A stretch of 64,000 nt of DNA from Clostridia bacterium (GTDB lineage Bacteria; Bacillota; Clostridia; Oscillospirales; CAG-272). The stretch is from positions 22,040 to 86,039 of the forward strand of contig JAFYOX010000107.1 of the NCBI GenBank assembly GCA_017547755.1, in the 5' to 3' direction. Below, in pieces: positions 1-9,393 of the stretch (positions within the stretch are counted from its first letter, which is position 1; each line of letters begins with the position of its first letter). The position numbers were made by a program, and so were the translations under genes. The notes beneath the pieces are model-generated. The model was given only the letters and a program-made list of their open reading frames with translations, had not been told where the DNA came from and made no database searches.

Positions 1-2434
1 CGATCTTGACCGTGAAATCGTGACCGATCTCTTTGACCATCTTGGAGATGTAAACGTCCCCGAGTTCGCCTTCCTTGGTGTAGACGATGTGCAGACCGTG
101 GTAATCGAATTTCCGTTCCACAGAACCTTTGACGTTGTACGCGTCGAATACAAGAACGATTTCGCGGCCCGTGTACGCCTGATAGTTCGCGAGAATGTCG
201 CACAGGTTCTGACGTGCTCCTTCAAGGTCCGTCTGTGCCAGTTCCGCCAGCTCGTCCCACGCGAAAATAACGTTGTAGCCGTCGACGATATAGAGCGATT
301 TCTTGAATTTCTGAGGGCTGACGTTGACGGTTTTCGGGACTTTCGGATCGCTGTAGACCCGGCGCTTGATCGGCCCGAATTCACGTTCCATGATCGCTTC
401 CAGTTCTTTTTCGTCGATGTTGAGATTCTGACGGATGACCTGCGGTTCTGGGATCTGCAGGTCTTCGGCCTTATCGAGCTTCAGCCCTTCCAGGTGCATG
501 TATTCCGGAACGCGGTCCCACGGAACGATGAACCCCGCACCGTGCGAGCAGAAGACCGAGTCGGGGGAATTGTCCATGTCCGCGGTCGGATCGTAGGAAA
601 ACTGTGCCAGAACTTCGTCCGTATTGTGGCAGGGGAAGTATCCTTCCACACGGCAGGAGAATTTCCCGCGTCCGTGGGTATAGGCTACCACTTCGCGGGC
701 ATAGCCGCCGATGGTCGCGACCGGTGCGCGTCCGCTGAGGACGGACGTACCGGGTTCCGCTTCATGTTCGTCAAAGGTACCGTCTCTCGCGAGAATGTCT
801 GAAATGGCACGTCCGACGCATTCGCCGGGCAGTTCCAGTCGGAAGGTATAATACGGTTCGAGAAGGACGGTCTTTTTCCTCGACAGCGCGGTCATGAGTC
901 CCTGACGGACGGCACGGTAGGTCGATTCGCGGAAGTCGCCGCCGACCGTATGCTTGAGATGTGCACGTCCGGAGACGAGGGTGATCTTCATGTCCGTGAG
1001 TGCCGAACCGGTCATGACGCCGAGATGCTGCTTTTCCTCCAGATGCGTAAGGATCAGCCGCTGCCAGTTGCGGTCAAGGAAGTTTTCGCTGCAGACGGTG
1101 TCAAAGACCAGTCCGCTGCCCGGTTCCAGCGGCTCCAGAAGCAGGTGGACTTCCGCGTAATGCCGCAGGGGTTCGAAATGTCCGATACCCTCGACAGCTT
1201 CCGTGATCGTTTCGCGGTACATGATCCGTCCGTCGTCAAAGCGTACATCCACGCCGTACCGTTCGGAGATCAGGCTGACAAGAACTTCCGTCTGCACCTG
1301 TCCCATGATCTGCGCGTGGATCTCGCCGTAGCGTTCGTTCCAGACGATGTGCAATAGCGGTTCTTCTTCCTCAAGCTGCTGCAGCTTCGGGAGAACCGTG
1401 CGTGCATCCACCTCCATGGGAAGCGCGATGCGGTAACTGAGGACGGGTTCGAGATACGGATGTCCCGCACTTTCCTCCGCACCGAGACCCTGACCGGCGT
1501 ACGTTCCGGAAAGTCCGGCGACGGCGCAGACATCTCCTGCTTCCGCGCGTTCGAGATTTTCGAATTTTGCACCGGAATACAGACGGATGCCGGTGATTTT
1601 TTCTTCTACAGGGTCCGCAGAGGCAAGCGGATGATACGTCAGAGGCTGACGGACACTCAGCGAACCGCCCGTGATCTTGAGATAGGTCAGGCGGACGCCG
1701 CTTTTGTCATGCGCAATTTTATAGACTTTTGCACCGAACTCTTCCGGCGGATAGTTTTTTTCGATCGTATACTGTTCCAGTGCGGACAGCAGAGCGTCGA
1801 CGCCGTCGAGTTTCAGACCGCTGCCGAAGAAGCAGGGGAAGAGTTTTCGTTCGGCGATCAGGCGTGCAATGTCGGCACCCCCGACGGCACCGGTCTCGAG
1901 ATAGGCTTCGAGAACGTCTTCGTCGGTCATGGCGATGCGTTCGGCGCGGCTGTCTTCGTCGGGATCGGTGAAATTGACGCATCCAGCGCCGAGATCGGCG
2001 TTCAGACCGCGCATGACCTCATCCGCCGTCCGGACGGCGAGGTCCATCTTCGTGACGAAGACGAAGGTCGGAACGTGATAGCGTTCCAGGAGATGCCAAA
2101 GAGTCTCCGTATGCGCCTGCACGCCGTCGGTGCCGCTGATCACGAGGATGGCACAGTCGAGAACGGAGAGCGTACGCTCGGTTTCCGCGGAAAAATCGAC
2201 GTGTCCGGGAGTGTCGAGCAGGGTGATGCGGAGTTTATCCGATTCGATGACCGCCTGCTTTGAGAAGATCGTGATCCCGCGTTCGCGTTCGAGCTCGTGC
2301 GTGTCGAGGTAGGTGTTTTTCCAGTCGACGCGCCCGAGTTTTTTGATTTTTCCGGTCGTATATAATAAGGCTTCGGACAGAGTCGTTTTTCCGGCGTCGA
2401 CGTGCGCCAGAATTCCGATGACTTGTTTTTTCAT
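1..2434 (-). CDS. Tet(M)/EF-G-like translational GTPase fused to a C-terminal YacP/Rae1-like NYN domain (3' end runs off the window)
   Basis: Absent from the ORF track because no stop codon lies in the window. Reverse translation from the ATG at 2434 gives MKKQVIGILAHVDAGKTTLSEALLYTTGK...LLDTPGHVDF...VTKMD (G1/G3/G4 motifs, colinear with the Tet(M) N-terminus). EF-G-like domains II-V follow. From about nt 300 downward the sequence reads KSLYIVDGYNVIFAW..ARQNL..YTGREIVLVFDAYNVKG..IVYTKEGELGD, which matches the YacP/Rae1 NYN pattern. No SD precedes the ATG; a TATAAA box lies 4 nt upstream, so the mRNA may be leaderless. Confidence 0.85.
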   Translation of the reverse strand, partial: MKKQVIGILAHVDAGKTTLSEALLYTTGKIKKLGRVDWKNTYLDTHELERERGITIFSKQAVIESDKLRITLLDTPGHVDFSAETERTLSVLDCAILVISGTDGVQAHTETLWHLLERYHVPTFVFVTKMDLAVRTADEVMRGLNADLGAGCVNFTDPDEDSRAERIAMTDEDVLEAYLETGAVGGADIARLIAERKLFPCFFGSGLKLDGVDALLSALEQYTIEKNYPPEEFGAKVYKIAHDKSGVRLTYLKITGGSLSVRQPLTYHPLASADPVEEKITGIRLYSGAKFENLERAEAGDVCAVAGLSGTYAGQGLGAEESAGHPYLEPVLSYRIALPMEVDARTVLPKLQQLEEEEPLLHIVWNERYGEIHAQIMGQVQTEVLVSLISERYGVDVRFDDGRIMYRETITEAVEGIGHFEPLRHYAEVHLLLEPLEPGSGLVFDTVCSENFLDRNWQRLILTHLEEKQHLGVMTGSALTDMKITLVSGRAHLKHTVGGDFRESTYRAVRQGLMTALSRKKTVLLEPYYTFRLELPGECVGRAISDILARDGTFDEHEAEPGTSVLSGRAPVATIGGYAREVVAYTHGRGKFSCRVEGYFPCHNTDEVLAQFSYDPTADMDNSPDSVFCSHGAGFIVPWDRVPEYMHLEGLKLDKAEDLQIPEPQVIRQNLNIDEKELEAIMEREFGPIKRRVYSDPKVPKTVNVSPQKFKKSLYIVDGYNVIFAWDELAELAQTDLEGARQNLCDILANYQAYTGREIVLVFDAYNVKGSVERKFDYHGLHIVYTKEGELGDVYISKMVKEIGHDFTVKI

Positions 2435-2456
2435 GAAATTTATAACAAAAATAATA

Positions 2457-2534
2457 GGGGAAAACTTTTTGAAAAAAGTTTTCCCCTTGAGACTTCCGGC
2501 GGAAGTCTCGTCCCTTCTTCAAAAACTTTTATAC
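2457..2534 (+). repeat. Dispersed intergenic palindromic repeat, copy A (core + inserted GC hairpin + tail)
   Basis: Core GGGGAAAACTTTTTGAAAAAAGTTTTCCCC at 2457-2486. Perfect hairpin GAGACTTCC-GGC-GGAAGTCTC at 2489-2509. Tail CCCTTCTTCAAAAACTTTTATAC ends at 2534. Confidence 0.85.
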
Positions 2535-2603
2535 TGGATGAGATAAATTACATTTATTATACCATAAAAAAGCGGGAAAAGGGAGAGTTTTTGAAATATT
2601 CTT

Positions 2604-3605
2604 TTATACGGGTTTGCAGAGGTCGAGAACGTCGTTCAGGTCGGCGGTCGCAAGACGGAGGATCGCGTCGCCTGCGCTGTGGTAGATGCGGAGTTTCCCT
2701 TCGTCATCCACAAGTGCCGCGCACGGGAAGAGAGCGTTTGTACGCATGCCTTCTTCCACTTCCCAGTATCCTTCCGGAGCCATCAGCGGCTCGTCCATTT
2801 TTCCGATGACCTTCCACGGCTTTTCGAGGTCGAGCAGGCACGCGCCGATGGTGTAGCGCTTTTTCCATGCCGCTTCCCAGCCGTTTTTGCCGCGCGACGG
2901 GTCGAAGTCGACGGCGTGATAGATCATGAGCCAGCCGCGGTCGGTCTTGATCGGCGGTGCGCCGGGACCGATCTTGTTGTTGGCGAACGGAACGTCTTCC
3001 ACACCGAGGACGAAACGGGATCTGCCCCAGTAGATGCAGTCCGGGGATTCGGACAGCCAGATGTCGAAGCGGTCGCCGCCGCGGGAGTATACGGGCATCG
3101 GACGTTCGAGACGGACGAACTGACCGTTGATTTTTTCAGGGAAGAGGACCATGTTCCGGTTGTCCGGAACAACAACGGACAGCGGCTCGTAGTTGTGGAA
3201 ATCGTCCGTGACGGCAAAACCGCCGCAGACGCCGTGGCGCGTGTCGATGGCGAAGCTGACGTAGAAGCGTCCGTCCATCGGTGTGATGCGCGGGTCGTAC
3301 AGACGGACGACTTCGCCGGGTTCGAACGTGTCGCCGAACCATTTGCCGTCGAGGACCGGTTCGGGTTCGACGTTCCAATGGATGCCGTCGTCACTGAACG
3401 CCAGACCGATGTTGGTGCCGTCGAGACGCTGTTCCTCATAGGAGCCGTAGTCGTTGCGGAACAGCATGATGTATCTGCCTTCGTGACGCACGATACCGGC
3501 GTTGAAGGTCAGTGCTGACGGATAGGGCACGTCGTGCCGGCTGAGGATGGTGTCCGGATACCGTGTGATGACCGGACTGGTCTTAAGATTACCGATAAGT
3601 TCCAT
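2604..3605 (-). CDS. GH130 family glycoside phosphorylase/hydrolase (beta-mannoside-type, DUF377 fold)
   Basis: 333-aa ORF. Five-bladed propeller GH130-type motifs (FNAGIV..EGRYIMLFR, YDPRITPMDGRFYVSF, IGPGAPPI, GWLMIYHAV). SD GGGAGA lies inside the upstream gene. Confidence 0.8.
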   Translation of the reverse strand: MELIGNLKTSPVITRYPDTILSRHDVPYPSALTFNAGIVRHEGRYIMLFRNDYGSYEEQRLDGTNIGLAFSDDGIHWNVEPEPVLDGKWFGDTFEPGEVVRLYDPRITPMDGRFYVSFAIDTRHGVCGGFAVTDDFHNYEPLSVVVPDNRNMVLFPEKINGQFVRLERPMPVYSRGGDRFDIWLSESPDCIYWGRSRFVLGVEDVPFANNKIGPGAPPIKTDRGWLMIYHAVDFDPSRGKNGWEAAWKKRYTIGACLLDLEKPWKVIGKMDEPLMAPEGYWEVEEGMRTNALFPCAALVDDEGKLRIYHSAGDAILRLATADLNDVLDLCKPV

Positions 3606-3606
3606 G

Positions 3607-4608
3607 TCAGTCTCCCATGTATTCTTTCGCCGTGTCGATCAGGGCGATGAGGTTTTCGTACGGGACGTCGGGCATGATCTCCTGCGACGGTGCAGTGATA
3701 TAACCGCCGTTTTTGCTCATCAGCTCGACGACGCGGCGGGTTTCACGGCGGACTTCGTCCGGAGTTCCGTTCGGAAGGATCCGCTGGGTGCTGATGCCTC
3801 CGAAATACGTGAGTTTATGCCCGTATTTTTCCTTGAGTTCGGCGAGATCCATGCATTCCGGCTGAACGGGATTGAGACCGTCCACGCCGATCTCGCACAG
3901 ATCGGGAAGGATCGCGTCGATCTTGCCGCAGGAATGGACGAAGACGTCCTTCTTCATGCTGTGGACAAGTTCGTATTCCATGCGTTCGCCTTCGCGGATG
4001 AGATTTGTCCACGACTGCGGCGACATCAGCAGACCGCGCTGGGTACCCCAGTCGGAGCCGAGAAGAACGCCGTCGATGTCGGGCGAAACGAGGAAGTTTT
4101 CGAGCATGACCATATTTTTGCGGATGATCATATTGAGAAGGCGCGCGGCGAATTCCGGTTCCCCGGCGATGTCGGCGAGGAAGTTTTCAAGACCGCGTGC
4201 GAAATAGGCTTTTTCGAAGTGGCTGCCCCAGATGGTGACCAGCTGATAGGCGTCGAAATTTTCGCGGAGGTATTTCCAGTGATTGAAGGAATCGCCGTAG
4301 GAACCGTAGCCGGCGGTGTACGGCAGAAGCGTCGGAGCTTCTTCGGTCGAATAATCTTCCGGGAAGGAATGCCATCCCCACCACGGCGCGTTGACGTAGA
4401 GCATGCAGTTGCCGATGGCGAGGGAGTAGGCTTCCACGAGATTCAGACGTCCGGCTTCGAATTCTTTTTTTACGTTGGCATCGCCGTAGCGTTCGATCAG
4501 CTTCGGACCGTAGAGGTCGTTGCTTTCGGGCGCGAGGATGATGGTGTAGGGCACTCTGCCGGTATTTTCGTGCGCGAGCGCCTGTTTGAGAATTTCACGT
4601 CTTGTCAT
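3607..4608 (-). CDS. Uroporphyrinogen decarboxylase (URO-D)-like family protein, function unknown in this context
   Basis: 333-aa ORF. The C-terminal half (VFVHSCGKI..LPDLCEIGVDGLNPVQPECMDL..GGIST) resembles the URO-D/MtaA TIM-barrel family. There is a 1-nt gap to the GH130 gene. Confidence 0.65.
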   Translation of the reverse strand: MTRREILKQALAHENTGRVPYTIILAPESNDLYGPKLIERYGDANVKKEFEAGRLNLVEAYSLAIGNCMLYVNAPWWGWHSFPEDYSTEEAPTLLPYTAGYGSYGDSFNHWKYLRENFDAYQLVTIWGSHFEKAYFARGLENFLADIAGEPEFAARLLNMIIRKNMVMLENFLVSPDIDGVLLGSDWGTQRGLLMSPQSWTNLIREGERMEYELVHSMKKDVFVHSCGKIDAILPDLCEIGVDGLNPVQPECMDLAELKEKYGHKLTYFGGISTQRILPNGTPDEVRRETRRVVELMSKNGGYITAPSQEIMPDVPYENLIALIDTAKEYMGD

Positions 4609-4617
4609 GGGGACTCC

Positions 4618-6180
4618 TTATCTTTTTGCGGATTCCAGACCTTCTTTGTAATTTTCGATGTACTTGGCAAATCCGGCCTTTCCGGATTCGGTCGGCGCAA
4701 GGGTCTTCACTTCCATGCCGCCGAAGACGTTTTCATCGAGGAAGTCGGGCAGGGACTTGCCGTTTTTCTTCATCATGTATGCCGCGAGGATCGCCATACC
4801 CCACGCACCGCCTTCTCCGGCGGTCTTCATGACGGAGATCGGCGTGTCGAACGCGTCGGCAAGGATCTGCTGTGCCACGCCTTCGCACTTGAAGAGGCCG
4901 CCGTGACCGGTGAACTTGTCCGCCGTGACCTTTTCGTTTTCGAAGAGGAGATCGTTGCCGATCTTCAGTGCCGCAACGGCGGTGCAGATCTGTGCGCGGA
5001 AGAAGTTTGCGAGGTTCATATTGCCGCCGAGCAGGCGGAAGTAGCTCGGAACGCCGACGTTCACACCGATGACGGGTTCGGCAGAAAGGAAGTTGTAGGA
5101 AACTACGCCGCCGCAGTCCGCGTCACCGTTGAGCGCATTGCTGTAAAGTGCCGCGTAAACGTCGGATTTGTCCATCGGATGTCCGCTGACTGCCGCGAAT
5201 TCGCCGAAGATCTTCGCCCATGCGTCGATTTCAGCGCAGCAGTTGTTGCAGTGTACCATCGCAACGGGAGCGCCGTCGGGGGTGGTGACCATGTCGATCT
5301 CGGGATAATAGGTTGAGAGGGACTTGTCGAGAACGAGCATGGAGAAGATCGACGTACCTGCGGAGACGTTGCCGGTACGCGGACGGACGCCGTTGGTCGC
5401 AACCATGCCAGTGCCTGCGTCGCCTTCGGGAGGACAGAGCGGAATTCCGGCTTTGAGCGTGCCGGTGGGGTCAAGCAGCTTTGCACCCGCTTCGGTGAGG
5501 ACTGCGCCGGTGTCGCCGGCGTTCTTGACTGCCGGAAGAACGGTGAGGATATCCTGTGCGAAGCCGTGTTCCTTCAGCTTTGCGGCGGTTTTTTCGATCA
5601 TTGCCGCGTCGTAATCGCCGGTGACGGAGTCGATCGGGAAAATACCGGACGCTTCGCCGACACCGACTTCACGGTGTCCGGTGAGGAGGTAGTGGATGTA
5701 GCCCGCGAGCGTGGTGATGTGGTCGATGTCGCCGATGTGATCTTCGCCGGAGAGGATCGCCTGATAAAGATGGGAAATACTCCAGCGCTGGGGAATGTTG
5801 AAGTTCAGAAGTGCGGAGAGTTCGTCCGCCGCTTCGCCGGTGGTGGTATTGCGCCATGTACGGAAGGGAACGAGCAGATTGTCGTTTTTATCGAACGCGA
5901 GGTAGCCGTGCATCATGCCGGAGATGCCGATTGCCGCCACGGTATCGAGAGGTTTTTCGTACTTTTCCAGAACATCCGCTGCGAGAGATGCAAAGCATCC
6001 CTGCATACCGGCGATAAAATCGTCGGCGGAATAGGTCCAGTAGCCGTTTTCGAAGCGGTTTTCCCAGTCGTACGCGCCGGACGCGACCGGGTTGAAATTT
6101 TCGTCGATGAGAACGCCCTTGATACGGGTCGAGCCGAACTCAATGCCGAGGAAGGTGTTCGCAAGGTTGAGGTCTGTCAT
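4618..6180 (-). CDS. FGGY-family carbohydrate kinase (xylulokinase-like)
   Basis: 520-aa ORF. N-terminal FLGIEFGSTRIKGVL ATPase motif and a GGLF...AWGMAILAAY C-terminal FGGY signature. Confidence 0.8.
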   Translation of the reverse strand: MTDLNLANTFLGIEFGSTRIKGVLIDENFNPVASGAYDWENRFENGYWTYSADDFIAGMQGCFASLAADVLEKYEKPLDTVAAIGISGMMHGYLAFDKNDNLLVPFRTWRNTTTGEAADELSALLNFNIPQRWSISHLYQAILSGEDHIGDIDHITTLAGYIHYLLTGHREVGVGEASGIFPIDSVTGDYDAAMIEKTAAKLKEHGFAQDILTVLPAVKNAGDTGAVLTEAGAKLLDPTGTLKAGIPLCPPEGDAGTGMVATNGVRPRTGNVSAGTSIFSMLVLDKSLSTYYPEIDMVTTPDGAPVAMVHCNNCCAEIDAWAKIFGEFAAVSGHPMDKSDVYAALYSNALNGDADCGGVVSYNFLSAEPVIGVNVGVPSYFRLLGGNMNLANFFRAQICTAVAALKIGNDLLFENEKVTADKFTGHGGLFKCEGVAQQILADAFDTPISVMKTAGEGGAWGMAILAAYMMKKNGKSLPDFLDENVFGGMEVKTLAPTESGKAGFAKYIENYKEGLESAKR

Positions 6181-6275
6181 TGGAATTTCTCCTTTGCGTT
6201 ATGTAATTGTTTTCATTATATCATATCAATTGGAAAAAGAAAAGACGCCGGAGAAAATTAATTCGCCGTTTCCAC

Positions 6276-6304
6276 TTTACAAACTGCCCGAAATCATGTA
6301 TACT
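6276..6304 (+). promoter_or_regulatory. Candidate sigma-70 promoter for the 6347 operon
   Basis: TTTACA, 17-nt spacer, TATACT. Confidence 0.45.
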
Positions 6305-6346
6305 GAAGACAAAATACTGTCAGAAAACAACAAAAAGGAGAGCATT

Positions 6347-7303
6347 ATGAAAAACATTCGTTTCGGCATCATCGGCGCGGGCAATATCGCAAACAAGTTC
6401 TGTGATGCGGCGAAGCTTGCAGACGGCGCGGAAGTCTGCGCGGTGGCGAGCAAATCCATGGAACGTGCACAGGCATTCGCGGAAAGAAACGGCATTGCAA
6501 AGGCGTACGATTCCTACGAAGAAATGCTGAAGACGGAGGACATCGACGCGGTCTATATCGCGACGACGCACAATTTCCACATGGAAAACATCCGTCTCTG
6601 CTTCGAATACGGCAAGCACGTCCTCTGCGAAAAGGCAATGGTGCTGACCGCGGACGACGCAAGGGAAATTTTCCGTCTGGCAAAGGAAAAGAATCTGTTC
6701 TGCATGGAAGCGATGTGGTCGAATTTCCTTCCGCAGACGCAGAAGGCAAAGGAATGGATCACCTCCGGCGCGATCGGGGAAATTCAATCGGTCAGCGCGG
6801 TCATCGGCTTCAACGGCGGCGAAAATCCCGAAAGCCGTCTGTATAATCCCGCACTCGCGGGCGGCGCGATGTACGATATCGGCGTATATCCCGTAGAGAT
6901 CGTTTCCTATCTCGTCGGAGAACCGATCGAAGACTGCATCGGCGTATGGCGTCCGCATGCTGTCACGGGTGTGGACGAACGTGTTTCCTTCATCGTCCGC
7001 TACGCATCCTGCGACGCGGCGATCCAGACGGTGCTGACCTCCAATGCGCGTGAATATACGATCATCAACGGAAGCAAGGGATGCATCGAACTTCCGTGGA
7101 GCAGCAGCGGCTACGTTGCCAAGCGGTATGACGGCCGCCGTCAGCTTGCGGAAACCTATGAAGACCGCTTTGAAAACGGCTTTGTTTTTGAAATCGAAGA
7201 AGTCGTCCGCTGCATCAACGAAGGAAAGATCACTTCCGACATCATGCCGCCGGAAGCAACGATCCAGTGCGCGGAACTCTTCGACAAACTTCTGAGAGGC
7301 TGA
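6347..7303 (+). CDS. Gfo/Idh/MocA family NAD(P)-dependent oxidoreductase
   Basis: MKNIRFGIIGAGNIANKF Rossmann start preceded by AAAGGAG. The track ORF (6092) is an upstream extension that overlaps the kinase gene. EKAM motif present. Confidence 0.85.
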   Translation: MKNIRFGIIGAGNIANKFCDAAKLADGAEVCAVASKSMERAQAFAERNGIAKAYDSYEEMLKTEDIDAVYIATTHNFHMENIRLCFEYGKHVLCEKAMVLTADDAREIFRLAKEKNLFCMEAMWSNFLPQTQKAKEWITSGAIGEIQSVSAVIGFNGGENPESRLYNPALAGGAMYDIGVYPVEIVSYLVGEPIEDCIGVWRPHAVTGVDERVSFIVRYASCDAAIQTVLTSNAREYTIINGSKGCIELPWSSSGYVAKRYDGRRQLAETYEDRFENGFVFEIEEVVRCINEGKITSDIMPPEATIQCAELFDKLLRG

Positions 7304-7305
7304 TC

Positions 7306-8508
7306 ATGAAAAATTTTGAAATTACATTCGACGTGACCGCCGGGACAGCATCTTTCGGTTCTTCCATGACGGCGGCATATGAAGAAAAACTGACCGTAAA
7401 ACTGACCTACGATTTCCGCGAACGTCCGCTGACCCTGACGGCGGATGCGGAAATCGGGGATAAGGTATCCCTGATCGTCCGTCCGCACCGGATCGAACTG
7501 CGCGTCAACGGTGCTCTTCTCGACGAAGAATGGCCGTGCGGAGATCACGGGATCACGGCGGATTCCGCCGTATCCGGCGATTTTGCGCTGACGGTTGCGG
7601 AGATCGCGCCCGAATGTCCGGCAGAACTGCCGTTTGTCACCCGTGCAGGGATCACAACGGACGAGATCCGTCTTCCCGGCGTGAATATCGGCGACACCAT
7701 CCCGTTCTCCGATGATTCCGCGGACAGCGATGGACGGTACCATCTCTTCTATCTCTACGACCGTCACCATCACGGAAGCAAATGGGGACTCGGCGCGCAT
7801 CAGTGGGCACACGTTTCCACGGCGGATTTTGTGACCTGGGACGAACATCCGATGGCGGTCGGCATCACCGAACCGTGGGAAGGCTCGATCTGCACCGGAT
7901 CTATCGTCCGTGCAGGCGACAAATTCTACGCATGGTACGCAGTCCGGATGTCCGACGGTTCCCCGGCGCGCATGACCTGCGCGGTTTCCGAAGACAACGC
8001 GCATTTTGTGAAGTCCGGAAAATACTTTACACTTCCCGCAGGCTATGAACCGTCAAGCGCACGCGACCCGAAGGTGGTCGAAATGGACGGAAAATTCCAT
8101 ATGTTCGTAACGACCACCCGTCTGGAAAGCGGCAGCGGATGTCTCGCTCACCTTGTTTCCGATACGGCGGATTTTGCACAGTTTGAAGACTGCGGCACGA
8201 TCCTCGAGTGGAACGACGGCAATCAGCCGGAATGTCCCGACTGGTTCGCGATGGGCGAATATTATTACCTCATCTATTCCATCCACGGAACTGCGCGGTA
8301 TCTGTATTCGAAGTCTCCGTTCGACGGCTGGATCAGGCCGGCGGAAGACAACATTCCCTGCGGACGTGTTCCGAAGGCGGCATGTCTCGGTGAAAAACGT
8401 ATTTTCGCAGGTTTCGTCACCGATCACGGCTACGCGGATGACGTGATTTTTGTCGAAACCATCCAGAAGGAAGACGGAACGCTCGATTTTGTTCCGTTTG
8501 CCCGATAA
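7306..8508 (+). CDS. GH32-like (clan GH-J) five-bladed beta-propeller glycoside hydrolase with an N-terminal ~130-aa extra domain
   Basis: YHLFYLY..WGLGAHQWAHVSTADFVTWDEHP, RDPKV and ECPDWF motifs. Start moved to the ATG at 7306 (MKNFEITF), 2 nt after the upstream stop. Confidence 0.6.
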   Translation: MKNFEITFDVTAGTASFGSSMTAAYEEKLTVKLTYDFRERPLTLTADAEIGDKVSLIVRPHRIELRVNGALLDEEWPCGDHGITADSAVSGDFALTVAEIAPECPAELPFVTRAGITTDEIRLPGVNIGDTIPFSDDSADSDGRYHLFYLYDRHHHGSKWGLGAHQWAHVSTADFVTWDEHPMAVGITEPWEGSICTGSIVRAGDKFYAWYAVRMSDGSPARMTCAVSEDNAHFVKSGKYFTLPAGYEPSSARDPKVVEMDGKFHMFVTTTRLESGSGCLAHLVSDTADFAQFEDCGTILEWNDGNQPECPDWFAMGEYYYLIYSIHGTARYLYSKSPFDGWIRPAEDNIPCGRVPKAACLGEKRIFAGFVTDHGYADDVIFVETIQKEDGTLDFVPFAR

Positions 8509-8511
8509 GCT

Positions 8512-9315
8512 ATGGGAAAATACAGCGGAATCCTGCTCGCGAGCGATTACGACGGAACGCTGGCGGCGTCCGACGGAACCATTCCGGAGAGGGTACGGCA
8601 GGCGATTCGTGAATTCATCGCGGAAGGCGGATATTTTACCGTTTCGACCGGACGGACGCTTCTCGGCTTCCATGCCTACGAGCCGGAGCTCATCAATGCT
8701 CCCGCCATTCTCGCAAACGGCGGCATGATTTACGATTATTCCACCCGTACGGTCACGGCGATGTTCGGTCTGGACGAAACGTGCATCCCCGATCTGCGGA
8801 AGGTACGTGACCGTTTTCCGGATCTTGCGATCGAGATGTACGCGCCGGACGATACCTGCTGCATCCATCTCAACGAACGTTCGCGACGCCATTTCGCCCT
8901 GCACCGGATCATTCCGCGCGAGATTGACGATCCGGCGGAGGCATCCTTCCCTTGTGCGAAGGTGATGTTCGGCGGAAGCGCGGACGATATCCTTGCGGCG
9001 CAGGCGTTTCTTTCGGAAAACTGTCCGACGCTCGGCTTTGTTCCGACGGACGGAACGTTATTGGAGGTTCTCCGTCCCGGTACAGGGAAGGGAACGACCC
9101 TTCTGCGGCTGGCGGAACTTCTCGGCATCGCACCGGAAAACGTTTATGCGGTCGGCGACGGTGACAACGACATCGATATGCTGAACGCCGCATCCGCCGC
9201 GTTTGTACCGGCGAACGGACATCCGGCGGCGAAGGCCTGCGCGTCCTGTATCGTCTGTTCCAATGACGACGGAGCAGCTGCCGAGGTGATTGAGATCCTC
9301 GCAAAAAATCGATAA
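8512..9315 (+). CDS. Cof-type HAD-IIB family hydrolase (sugar phosphatase-like)
   Basis: LLASDYDGTL motif I, VSTGR, and GDGDNDIDML motif IV. Confidence 0.85.
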   Translation: MGKYSGILLASDYDGTLAASDGTIPERVRQAIREFIAEGGYFTVSTGRTLLGFHAYEPELINAPAILANGGMIYDYSTRTVTAMFGLDETCIPDLRKVRDRFPDLAIEMYAPDDTCCIHLNERSRRHFALHRIIPREIDDPAEASFPCAKVMFGGSADDILAAQAFLSENCPTLGFVPTDGTLLEVLRPGTGKGTTLLRLAELLGIAPENVYAVGDGDNDIDMLNAASAAFVPANGHPAAKACASCIVCSNDDGAAAEVIEILAKNR

Positions 9316-9328
9316 CACAGCAAAAGGT

Positions 9329-9362
9329 GGGAGCCGGCAGGAAAATGCCGGTTCCCGTTTTG
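9329..9362 (+). terminator. Rho-independent terminator after the HAD gene
   Basis: 11-bp stem GGGAGCCGGCA/TGCCGGTTCCC followed by a GTTTTGATTATTTTTT tract. Confidence 0.7.
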
Positions 9363-9393
9363 ATTATTTTTTAGCGTTGTTTGAGAAAAAATC

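Noticed and set aside
1-2434. Calling the GTPase a tet(M)/tet(O) tetracycline-resistance gene
   Set aside because: N-terminal similarity to ribosomal protection proteins is clear. However, the protein is much longer, has a TKMD G4 variant, and is fused to a NYN domain. There is no mobile-element context. A resistance phenotype cannot be inferred from sequence alone.
2570-2603. GGGAGAGTTTTTGAAATATTCTTTTATAC as a degenerate tail box
   Set aside because: It resembles the tail only loosely, has no adjacent core, and abuts the GH130 stop codon.
3547-5316. 589-aa plus-strand ORF spanning the URO-D-like and kinase genes
   Set aside because: It is the antisense shadow of two well-supported minus-strand genes. 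Its composition is biased (R/G/V/D/F/H-rich), it has no SD and no recognisable motifs. This is typical of open antisense frames in GC3-rich coding DNA.
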